A stretch of 63,920 bases of DNA, the filler included, from Aduncisulcus paluster (Eukaryota): assembly GCA_024181965.1 (NCBI GenBank). It is 7 parts of 7 records of this genome, joined end to end, with 100 filler letters (N's around TTAATTAATTAA, not from the genome) between each part and the next. Parts side by side here need not be neighbours in the genome. Positions count along the whole stretch, not along the records: positions 55,046 to 59,106 come from BQXS01011543.1; positions 59,207 to 63,920 come from BQXS01011544.1; 5 more parts are not named here. One strand, given 5' to 3'. The notes below the pieces were generated by a model. The model was not told the DNA's origin, ran no database searches, and saw only the letters and a list, made by a program, of their open reading frames with translations. The translations under genes were made by a program, and so were the position numbers. Of the stretch, positions 55,396 through 63,920 are shown piece by piece. Positions within the stretch are counted from its first letter, which is position 1; every line of letters starts with the position of its first letter.

Positions 55396-56127
55396 TTGTT
55401 CCAATTATCTTGGCTTCATAAGGTACGTAGAATATGTAATATTCCTATTACTAATCTGTTTCTATCCATTCTGATAGTTTTTTTCCAATATACATTTTAA
55501 TGACATATTATTTTATTTATTTATTATTCTTTTTAACGAGGTCGATATTTTTGAGAAAGCTTGCAAAAATCGACCTGGAAATCACATGATCTACCTTGAA
55601 TTATCATGACTCATGATTCATGAGTCTCCCAAGTAGTGGGAATTTCCCACTGGGAAATGAGAGAATTGATACAGCAATGCTGTAACAGCATACAGAATAT
55701 TGAATATTCATTATTTACTCATTTAACGATTTGATACCTTATCGATCCATCGAAGACTTGACAAACATGCACCGCAATGCAGTGACTGCATGAAATGGCA
55801 TCAAGATTCAGGTGAAAATACAAACTTTCTTTTGATAAAAAAGTATTGGTATTATCAGTGGGTTTAAATTATTACAGGAACATGGGATCAAATCATATTA
55901 TCGAGAAAAGGTTAAATTAGAAGCTATGTATACTACAGGAAGGAGAAATAAATATCTATAACCGAGTGTATGAGAAGAAGAAGAACGACTACTCCCTCAA
56001 TCTTCAAAAAAAAAAGGAGAAGATATCGGTTGTGTAAAAATAAAATATTGTAAATTGAGCAATAAATATCAATAAAATAATACAAAAATAATATAAAGAG
56101 ATAAAATTTGAATCAATATACCTTCAT

Positions 56128-59106
56128 TCATCTTGAATATTCGTCATATGAATACATGCCAGAATACTCTTGATCCTCGGCCAAAATAGGAGTTTGAGAA
56201 GGAGTTACAGTTGTCGATATTTCGTCATCCATCGAAATTTCATCGAGAGCACTCCTGACAAGATTTCCACGAGAACGAGGAGTGAGAGGAAGACGCTGTG
56301 AGGACCTCGAACTAGATCTTGAGGCGGAAGAAGCTGAGTGTGGTCTCTTTCCAGGTGTATCGGGTTGCATTGGATCGCCTTTCCTCTTCGGAGGATGTGG
56401 GGAAATGATGCACCCGCTTGACTTTCGCATGGGAGATGGAGAATTGGCACGTTCCTGAGGAGTTGACCCAATAGAAGAGGAGATATACCTTCGACTTCTC
56501 AATAGACGCTGACTCTGTTCCTCTCTAACTTTCTTGTTATGGGCCTGATTCTCACGGTGTTTCTGACGCTTCTGTTCCTTGTCTTTCTCCATTCTTAGTT
56601 TTAGTTCTGAAGCTCTTGTTCCATTCATATATCCCATGCTTGAGGGAGAAGGAGACCAACTAAGTTCCTCATCGTGTTCTTTTGAGACAGTAGAAGCTGA
56701 TTCATCTCTTGTACGAGCACTTCCACGTTCGACGGAGGATCTTGATGGACTAGCTCCAACTTTATCTCCATGTTTACGAGACTTTCTTGGGCTTCGATGA
56801 CGATGATGTTTGGTTCTCATAATTCCTTCATCTTCACTCACATATGGATCCGTACTTTCCTCATCAAGTGTCACAACACCAGCGAGAGTCTTGACATCAT
56901 CACTGACTCCCTTGACAGCGGGGGAACTCTGGATAATGACAGAAGGGTCACGGGAAGCATTGGAAGTTGCATCGAGATGGGCACCAGAGCCATGACACGA
57001 TACACCAGCGAGATCTTTCCGCTGAGGAGTTCTGGGAAGGACAGAAGGAGAGCCAATGGGAACACCTTCGGATTTACGTCTTGTACGAATGACCTTCAAC
57101 ATGCTCGTTCTTATTTTGTAAGGAAGAGAGGAAGGAGGAGGGATAGTTGCATCGACTATTCTCTCATCCACTCTATAAAATGTAACAATTTGGCACAAAA
57201 GATCACAGCAAGCACACAACAAAGACCCATACGCTGGAGAGAGTGGGGGAGAGTGGGCTGCAAGAGCACTATGGAAGAATGAAGAGGATAGAGAAGCGAC
57301 AGTGTATCCAAGACCAGTTGGCATAAGGAAGAAGGACAGTGTCTGTGGTAGGTGAAGTAAGGAGAGCCACTCATCGTATACAGGCTTCATCACACACTGT
57401 ATTGTCTCATTTACGGCAGGTTCTTTGATTAGAGGGTGTAGAAATGCCTTTGGAATGCCAACAGACGATGATGGTGCATTGGGAGAACTGGAACGATCAG
57501 GAGTTGGGGTATTTGACTGTGTTGACGAAGGACGAGCACTCACACGACCACTTCTCTCATGAATACGACTGGAAGTTCTAGATGCTTGCCTTGAACGACT
57601 ATGGGAAGCTCTCGGTTGGGATGGAGGTCTAGCCTGTGATTGTCTACTCTGTGATGGTCTGCTTTGAGACTGTCTGCTTTGAGACTGTCTGCTTTGAGAC
57701 ACCCTTGGTTGGGATGTTTGTTCAACCCCAGGAGACAAAGCATCAGCTTCAGACTCAACCCTAGTATTAACCTCACTCACTTCTTCATATTGACGTCGCA
57801 TATACTGCTGCTGGCTCTGCTGAATCTGTTTGGGAGTCTTCGGAGACATTAGACCCATTTGTTGTTGCGAGAGTTCCTTTTGAGTCACCACACCTGCACG
57901 CCACTTGTTCCTCTCTTCTTCATCGCCTTGACGACTACTGGCACCATATCTCTGAGCAATGTAAGCAATCGACACGGTAGATTTCGAAGACTTCAATGAT
58001 AAGGGTTCGTGAATAACAGATATCCCGGTGCTGACTGCAGGACGCCGTGAGAGATCTCTGAATGGCTTCTCTTGCTGCTGTTGAGTCTGTTGGATTGACG
58101 ATGACCTTGAACGACCCTCAGAAGGAAACCTTACAGAAGTCAGCATCATGGCAGGCATTCCACTTGATGAGATGCCCCATTTCTCAGCGATCTGATGTCT
58201 TCCCTGAATTCCATCCTCAGCACTCACATCATCGTCAAAGAAAGTGGCAGTATTGAATGCACTACTTCCGGACTGATAACCTTTCTGATGAGTAGAATCA
58301 CCTTCGAAATCGTGGTGATACACTGTTGATGGAGGCTTTCGACTTGAACGAACACCTATCGCAGATCGTACCACACGAGAACCTTTTTTCCTGGCTTCTT
58401 CCTCCTGGGCAGCGTAAGCAGCGGCGGCCACAGCAGCGGCAGCAGTGGCAGCAGCACTCTTCTTCTGACTCTGACCTCGCTTGTCCTGTGAGGTTGTCTG
58501 TGCTCCACTTCCACTCTCAGGTGCATGCTTCTCACGAGCAGTTCCCTTTGCTTCCTGGTCATCTTCATCTTCCTCGAACAACTGAGCATTCGTTATAGTA
58601 CCTTCCATTCCTTGTGGAACATGGGAGGACAATGATGAATGCTGAGTGTCTCTAGCAAGGATTGGACCACTCGTATGAGGTCTGGGAATGGCTCTAATCT
58701 TATGTTGCTCTTTCTCTTTCTCCTCATCTTCCTCCTCATCTTCTTCTTCCTCTTCCTCGAACAACTGAGCATTCGTTATAGTACCTTCCATTCCTTGTGG
58801 AACATGGGAGGACAATGATGAATGCTGAGTGTCTCTAGCAAGGATTGGACCACTCGTATGAGGTCTGGGAATGGCTCTAATCTTATGTTGCTCTTTCTCT
58901 TTCTCCTCATCTTCCTCCTCATCTTCTTCTTCCTCTTCCTCTTCCTCCTCTTCCTCCTCTTCCTCATCGTCAGAGGGTGAGTGTGTTTTGTGGGCAGTAA
59001 CGGAAGAAGTGCCATAAGATGTTGAAGAAGTGGGAGCAACGGTTGAGGAAGAAGATGTTGATGATGATGTTGATGGGGAAGCTGCACGGCTTGTAGCCTT
59101 TGAAAT
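56128..59106 (-). CDS. Hypothetical low-complexity (Ser/Gln/Glu-rich) protein, 5' truncated
   Basis: Frame open from the contig edge 59106 (97 codons upstream of the tracked ORF) to 56128; includes a 183-bp tandem duplication and SQSRQ repeats. Confidence 0.75.
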   Translation of the reverse strand: MSKATSRAASPSTSSSTSSSSTVAPTSSTSYGTSSVTAHKTHSPSDDEEEEEEEEEEEEEEDEEEDEEKEKEQHKIRAIPRPHTSGPILARDTQHSSLSSHVPQGMEGTITNAQLFEEEEEEDEEEDEEKEKEQHKIRAIPRPHTSGPILARDTQHSSLSSHVPQGMEGTITNAQLFEEDEDDQEAKGTAREKHAPESGSGAQTTSQDKRGQSQKKSAAATAAAAVAAAAYAAQEEEARKKGSRVVRSAIGVRSSRKPPSTVYHHDFEGDSTHQKGYQSGSSAFNTATFFDDDVSAEDGIQGRHQIAEKWGISSSGMPAMMLTSVRFPSEGRSRSSSIQQTQQQQEKPFRDLSRRPAVSTGISVIHEPLSLKSSKSTVSIAYIAQRYGASSRQGDEEERNKWRAGVVTQKELSQQQMGLMSPKTPKQIQQSQQQYMRRQYEEVSEVNTRVESEADALSPGVEQTSQPRVSQSRQSQSRQSQSRPSQSRQSQARPPSQPRASHSRSRQASRTSSRIHERSGRVSARPSSTQSNTPTPDRSSSPNAPSSSVGIPKAFLHPLIKEPAVNETIQCVMKPVYDEWLSLLHLPQTLSFFLMPTGLGYTVASLSSSFFHSALAAHSPPLSPAYGSLLCACCDLLCQIVTFYRVDERIVDATIPPPSSLPYKIRTSMLKVIRTRRKSEGVPIGSPSVLPRTPQRKDLAGVSCHGSGAHLDATSNASRDPSVIIQSSPAVKGVSDDVKTLAGVVTLDEESTDPYVSEDEGIMRTKHHRHRSPRKSRKHGDKVGASPSRSSVERGSARTRDESASTVSKEHDEELSWSPSPSSMGYMNGTRASELKLRMEKDKEQKRQKHRENQAHNKKVREEQSQRLLRSRRYISSSIGSTPQERANSPSPMRKSSGCIISPHPPKRKGDPMQPDTPGKRPHSASSASRSSSRSSQRLPLTPRSRGNLVRSALDEISMDDEISTTVTPSQTPILAEDQEYSGMYSYDEYSR

Positions 59107-59206
59107 NNNNNNNNNNNNNNNNNNNNNNNNNNNNNNNNNNNNNNNNNNNNTTAATTAATTAANNNNNNNNNNNNNNNNNNNNNNNNNNNNNNNNNNNNNN
59201 NNNNNN
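59107..59206. other. Artificial contig linker
   Basis: N44-TTAATTAATTAA-N44. Confidence 0.98.
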
Positions 59207-59208
59207 CG

Positions 59209-59451
59209 TGGTGTTCTCTCAAGAAGGCTAATGCTACCGTTGCCGAATGTGTATTGGATGTTTTCAAGGATCTCACACAGTTGCATGTGAGTGATCGTAT
59301 CTCTGTTCGTGAAGCTCGTGAAAGGCTTGCCCCAATCAAGAAATTCGTTCCAAAGATCGGTGATGGGTTCAAATTCCCAACTGTGGAGGAATTGATTGAG
59401 TACTACAAGAAGAAGCATGAATCAATGGTTATGGATATTGTTTCTAAATAA
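59209..59451 (+). CDS. C-terminal fragment of a kinase paralogous to 9246-11774
   Basis: VAECVLDVFKDLT...DRISVREARERL...PKIGDGFKFPTVEELIEYY aligns with VANLLADICKELT...ERLKVEKAMYRV...PKLGAGWKRPSLSKIIKFY. Confidence 0.7.
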   Translation, partial: WCSLKKANATVAECVLDVFKDLTQLHVSDRISVREARERLAPIKKFVPKIGDGFKFPTVEELIEYYKKKHESMVMDIVSK

Positions 59452-60069
59452 TCCCATTCTCTTGAGTGAAAATTAGAAAGGAGGGAGGGGGAGAGGTGGA
59501 ATGTTTATTTATTTGTGTGAAATATATGTAGTAAAGATGGTATTTCATTGTTGAGAGAGTTTTGAGAAGCCCTACGAATCCAAGGCACTGTTGACATTGT
59601 TATTCTAGAATTTTAATTGTAGGGATAGCAAATTTACTGATTTCAATAATGAATCACAACATGAAACTTGAACAATCGATCTTCAAGATCCAGTTCTGAA
59701 ATTTTGAATCCTACTCGATTGTTTGGAGCCAATACGAAAATGAATTCCAAGTATTTGATGAGATCAGAGTATTAGCATTTCAAATAGGGCTAAATTGTAT
59801 GCAAACAAAAAATATTATTCACGTTGGGTTGTTGGATTCGGTCCGAATCTGGCAGGCAGTGCCTGAGGTGGCTGGACTAAAAAAATTGATGCCTAGTTGC
59901 ATGCATTTTCCAATTTTTATCATGCCAAGTGCATGCATCTTAAAATTTTAAGTGTATGCCTGATATACAGCCCGCTGTCTCAAGACTTTGTCTAAATTAA
60001 GCATTTTGGATGTTTATTTCACATTATTACAACCATATTTAGATGTAGTAAAACTCTAAGATGATTTTA

Positions 60070-63000
60070 TCATTCTTCCAGTTCTGGCTTCTCATCCGTT
60101 TCTAATTTGGATAGTAGACCTTGCATTCTCCTGATAGCTAACTCTCTCAAAGGCTCAACTGTTGATAACTGTATTCTTTCAAACAACCCTAATGGAGGCA
60201 TGGGTAAAGAAGGAAGAGGAATTACAGAGGGTAAATCGTCATCAATGTTGGTTCGTTTGGCATGCTTCTTCCTACGTTTCTTCAAGCGTTGAGCAAGGAT
60301 ACTTGAATGGCTTTGCTTTGAGCTTGTTCCATTCTGATCACCTTCCCCACGTCTGTCCTGAGAATCCTCAGATATCGACTCATCTCCAATCACGCGATAA
60401 ACATCTTCAAACTCAACGATCATCTCTTCATCGCGTGTCTTGGCTCTCCGTTCTTTGGCTTCGGTATCCTCTCCATCCATTCGTTCCCATTCCATTTCTG
60501 CCCTTCGAACTTCTTCAAAGGCAACTGCTTCCTTGCGCTCTTTTTCTTCCCGTTTCTTTCTTGCCTCTTCGCGTTGTTTTCCGCCAAAGTCTCGCTCTTT
60601 GAGCTTTTTCACCTTTGATCTTGAGAATGAAGAAGGTGAAGAAATAACCAATGCGAGACGATCATTTGAACTGAATAGATTGAAAAGATGGAAAATAGAG
60701 ACAGGGGACAATTCAATATCGCAGAGAGAGAGGAAGAGAAGGGAAGTAGAGCCTAAAAACATAGGGAATGATGGAGAGGGAATCCTTTCCCGAAGAGCTA
60801 TATCTGTGAGAGTGGAAGAGGAAATGGGAACTGGTAGGGGGCGAGCACTTGCAATGGGGTCATTTTCATCGGGTTCTCGGAAGGAAGAGGCCTGTGAACT
60901 CTGTATTGAAGCACGAGTAGAAGCAAGGGATCGAATATTCTTGGCAAGATCCATGATTTCTGATTTGTCCTTGCCGACCCACTCAGTTTTCTTGGATAAT
61001 GAATCTCTTCTGCCAGATGATTGGGCTGAATCACGGTCAGTTGTTTGTCCACGATGAGTCAAATCGCCTGATTCACTCTTAACAATCATCGAGTCAACTG
61101 TTGATCCGTCACCATCGGAACTAAGAGTCTTTCCAGCAGCTAATTCTTTCCACTCCCATGAACCCTCATTCCAAGCACTCACTTTCCACTGACGCCACCA
61201 GGGGAAGATTTCATTACACATTTCACGTATGACAGTGTCTCGAATCTCTTTCGTGACCATCTCAAGCGTACGGGAAGCCAATTTATCCTCATCAATGATA
61301 TACTCTTGGCAAGGAGGGGCATAAGAGGCAGAGTCTTGGGATTTTCCACCTTTACCTGTCTTGGCGGCAGCTTTACCGGCACTTTTACCGGCTCCAGCCT
61401 TGCCCCCACCTTTGCCCTTCCCACCAGAACTCTCTTCTTTCGCAAGAGTTTCCCATTTCTCTTTCTTTTTCGCAACCTCAGACTCGATTCGTGCTTCCAA
61501 TATCTTGAAACAAACCTCGTCAAAGCCCTCTTCAAATATTTTAATGAGACGCGCGAGGTTTTTAGGTGTGTGAACTTCCATTGCCTTGACTAGATACTCA
61601 ACATCTTCTTCGGCAACAGTTTCGTTATGGTCAAAGATCTTGTTCGAAGTCACGGATCCATATATAGGCAGTCCACTCAGACTTTCTGTGAGGATATCAA
61701 TGGTCTCGGTAGAAGCCTTTGCATAGCTCAGATCAAGGCTATCGACAGAAATAAATCTAAAAAATGGAATATCTCCGTACATACTTTGGTTCTTGTTGGA
61801 CTTGATTTGTTGAGTTGGATCGGCCATGTCAAGGGAATGATGGCAGTGTTTAATATACTCAAGAACAGTGTCAAGGTACAATCTTACATTGGATATCACT
61901 GGGAAAGGAAGCAGATAGGAGAAAGCACTGGCAATGTTGAGAATGGTGGTGTCTTTGGCTCCAGTAATACGAAGCGAGGAGATTCGTTGTGCCATTGGTC
62001 TCATTAAATAACGGACAAACAGACGAATGGATGGAACACGAAGTCCAGATGCCAATAAACAATCGGAAGAATCGGTAAGTCCAGTGGGAAGTGACAAAGA
62101 ATTAGAATGAGAAGAATCATCGGAACTAGGTTTGGCAGTCATTGCCTTGGCCTTTGGATTATATAATATCTTTGCTCCATGTTTGGGACAATCTTCAAGA
62201 CTAATATCAAGATCATGGAGAGCCTTTTTGAGGGGTGATATACGAATACATTCGTTCACAAACTCAATCGCTGGGAGTATTTTCTCACGTTCTTGGTCAG
62301 TTATAACATTTTGAGATATTTTTAGATCAGTGTCGTCGGGGGATTCATCAGTGCCATCAAGATCACAGTGGTCAAAGGCAAATAAACGCCAATGTGGGAT
62401 ATCGTATCCAAATAACATGGGAGACACAAGAAGTTTTATGATGTTTTCCATGGTATTTTGCTTGATTGTCAAATGTTTAAACTCGATCTCCATGACACAT
62501 TGTTTGGTATTCAAAAAGGATGTGGCCAATTCTAATCTTTGCTCTGTCGGATTTGAAATAATATCTTGAAGACTAGAAGCGAGACCAATTTGTGTGCTAG
62601 TTGAGGAAGAAACGTCCTTTTTATCGTCCTTTTTACCTTTCGAGGGCTTACCTTTGCCTTTACCAGAAGTTTGCGAAGTATCTGAATCTGGAAGATTTTT
62701 ACACGATTGAATGATAACTTTCAGCCTATTGGCAATGATTGAATCCATGAAATCACGGAAGATATCATCGTTGGCAGGTAAAATTCCGATACATATCTTT
62801 GTCACATCATTCGCCTTTGCAAGAGCACAGTTAACGGCATACATTGTCATTTGATCAAGGTACCAACCACTGAAGGACAACGTTTGGCAGGGGGGAAAGG
62901 TAAATTCAGCTGGAAGGCGTCGTTTGAAACAAACGAGATCTGCTGGGGGTTCATTCTCCAAAACTTGTCCCTTTGAAGATTTATCACTTTTTCCTCCTTT

Positions 63001-63333
63001 GGAAGGTTTGCCTCCTTTTTTAGAACCCTTTTTATCAACAACTTGGCTTTCGTCTTCTTCGTCATGCAATATGATCTCTATCGGAATTAATGGGGCTAAA
63101 CATGGGTGAATGGGAGCTTTAAAATGTTCTATTATGTCAAAATAATCCTTCAAAAAAAGACCAGAATAGTCTTCTGGCTGATATAAAGTACCTTTTGGAT
63201 TATTGGATGGATCCGAGTAAAATTTGAAAAGTTGTTCGTTTCTCTCATCTGATGTATATTGAAAAGGCATTTTTTTTCGGTATAACGAAGAAAATAACGG
63301 AACATGGAAACGTAAAACGCAATATCCATTCAC
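60070..63333 (-). CDS. Hypothetical protein, possibly degenerate RNI-type LRR (weak LRRC71-like resemblance)
   Basis: 1,087-codon ORF with Lys/Gly-rich inserts and LRR-like segments (VDSLDLSYA, LLFLSLCDIEL); start may be the ATG at 63270. Confidence 0.65.
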   Translation of the reverse strand: MNGYCVLRFHVPLFSSLYRKKMPFQYTSDERNEQLFKFYSDPSNNPKGTLYQPEDYSGLFLKDYFDIIEHFKAPIHPCLAPLIPIEIILHDEEDESQVVDKKGSKKGGKPSKGGKSDKSSKGQVLENEPPADLVCFKRRLPAEFTFPPCQTLSFSGWYLDQMTMYAVNCALAKANDVTKICIGILPANDDIFRDFMDSIIANRLKVIIQSCKNLPDSDTSQTSGKGKGKPSKGKKDDKKDVSSSTSTQIGLASSLQDIISNPTEQRLELATSFLNTKQCVMEIEFKHLTIKQNTMENIIKLLVSPMLFGYDIPHWRLFAFDHCDLDGTDESPDDTDLKISQNVITDQEREKILPAIEFVNECIRISPLKKALHDLDISLEDCPKHGAKILYNPKAKAMTAKPSSDDSSHSNSLSLPTGLTDSSDCLLASGLRVPSIRLFVRYLMRPMAQRISSLRITGAKDTTILNIASAFSYLLPFPVISNVRLYLDTVLEYIKHCHHSLDMADPTQQIKSNKNQSMYGDIPFFRFISVDSLDLSYAKASTETIDILTESLSGLPIYGSVTSNKIFDHNETVAEEDVEYLVKAMEVHTPKNLARLIKIFEEGFDEVCFKILEARIESEVAKKKEKWETLAKEESSGGKGKGGGKAGAGKSAGKAAAKTGKGGKSQDSASYAPPCQEYIIDEDKLASRTLEMVTKEIRDTVIREMCNEIFPWWRQWKVSAWNEGSWEWKELAAGKTLSSDGDGSTVDSMIVKSESGDLTHRGQTTDRDSAQSSGRRDSLSKKTEWVGKDKSEIMDLAKNIRSLASTRASIQSSQASSFREPDENDPIASARPLPVPISSSTLTDIALRERIPSPSFPMFLGSTSLLFLSLCDIELSPVSIFHLFNLFSSNDRLALVISSPSSFSRSKVKKLKERDFGGKQREEARKKREEKERKEAVAFEEVRRAEMEWERMDGEDTEAKERRAKTRDEEMIVEFEDVYRVIGDESISEDSQDRRGEGDQNGTSSKQSHSSILAQRLKKRRKKHAKRTNIDDDLPSVIPLPSLPMPPLGLFERIQLSTVEPLRELAIRRMQGLLSKLETDEKPELEE

Positions 63334-63632
63334 ATCCCAAAAATATTAGATTTACATCGAATAATTGCAATATATTATTAACTAAAGTAGCGAAATTTAC
63401 ATACATGACCAACTCATTCATGCTAACTTCTAGTATTTACGAAAAGACGACAATTTTGTTGTTCTTTTTTTTTGAGTTGGTTTCCTGTTAAAATGTTAAT
63501 AACTCAAATACACTAGATTGGTATACTACTAAAAAAACAAATTAATGGGATTTATTTTATTATCATTCTCAAATCAGGAAGAAAATGATTTTGCTCAATA
63601 TATTTAGAAATGGGTGAAAAAAAAGAAATAAA

Positions 63633-63920
63633 CTACATTTTAGCATGGCATATGGGACAATATTTTACGTTTTTCACGTCTACACTCATTTTAGCACCGC
63701 ATTTGTTACATGTCTTTGAATCTGTTGGAGAAACGATAACTCCTGAAGCCGAACAGACGTTACTGACAATTCCGCATCCTCTGCATATTGGATCGAATGA
63801 ATCATTGACAAACCCACACACGCACTCACGTTTAGTTCTCTGAATCTTGAACAAATCACCAACCTCATCATCATGCTCAAACATCCCGTCGTCAAAATCT
63901 TCACTCTCATCATCAAATTG
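63633..63920 (-). CDS. C-terminal zinc-binding fragment resembling IFT121/WDR35
   Basis: CVCG...CRGC...CSASG...CNKC...YCPICHAKM*; the pattern matches the IFT-A subunit C-terminal Zn domain. Frame open to the window end. Confidence 0.55.
   Translation of the reverse strand, partial: QFDDESEDFDDGMFEHDDEVGDLFKIQRTKRECVCGFVNDSFDPICRGCGIVSNVCSASGVIVSPTDSKTCNKCGAKMSVDVKNVKYCPICHAKM

Noticed and set aside
22366-59206. TTAATTAATTAA recurring six times as a possible repeat or regulatory motif
   Set aside because: Always centred in exactly 44+44 Ns; an artificial six-frame-stop linker. Gene adjacency across these points is meaningless.
852-63333. Alternative genetic code (TAA/TAG = Gln as in hexamitid diplomonads)
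   Set aside because: Conserved genes are long open frames in the standard code and end at expected positions with TAA, TAG or TGA.
796-63916. Numerous 60-200 aa ORFs overlapping or antisense to the large genes
   Set aside because: Shadow ORFs from low-complexity or codon-biased sequence with no independent motifs.
1-63920. tRNA, rRNA or snRNA genes
   Set aside because: None recognised by eye; a tRNAscan-SE/Infernal run is needed to exclude divergent ones.

Overview
Eukaryotic (protist) draft-genome sequence, not prokaryotic. It is AT-rich, gene-dense and mostly intronless, with a few short GT-AG introns and the standard genetic code. The expanded kinase and LRR families and flagellar genes suggest a free-living fornicate/metamonad such as Aduncisulcus (inference only). 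The window is seven contigs joined by 100-bp artificial linkers (N44-TTAATTAATTAA-N44), and five 20-N gaps flank overlap duplications that create false repeats or frameshifts in genes. Recognisable genes: ethanolamine-phosphate cytidylyltransferase, an ATP10-like protein, a CaaX-ended STE20 kinase, SAC1, a lineage-specific kinase, a large EGF/REJ/GPS-like receptor, a divergent cyclophilin, a prokaryote-type fucose-isomerase-like protein, an LRR surface protein, an M28 peptidase, an alpha/beta hydrolase, a MYST acetyltransferase head-to-head with MED10, and an IFT121-like C-terminus. The most striking region is the contig at 46355-54945. A DIRS-like reverse transcriptase is split in frame by a 2,781-bp CAC-ended TIR element with a TA target duplication and CACTA-like subterminal repeats. 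That element contains no transposase; its cargo is retroviral-type gag and gag-protease genes. The contig holds six gag paralogues and five short (72-162 bp) TG...CA LTR-like units sharing an A(A/G)TAAA(T/C)TTG motif, including a solo LTR with a 4-bp TSD and an intact gag-protease ORF followed directly by a PPT and LTR with no RT or integrase.
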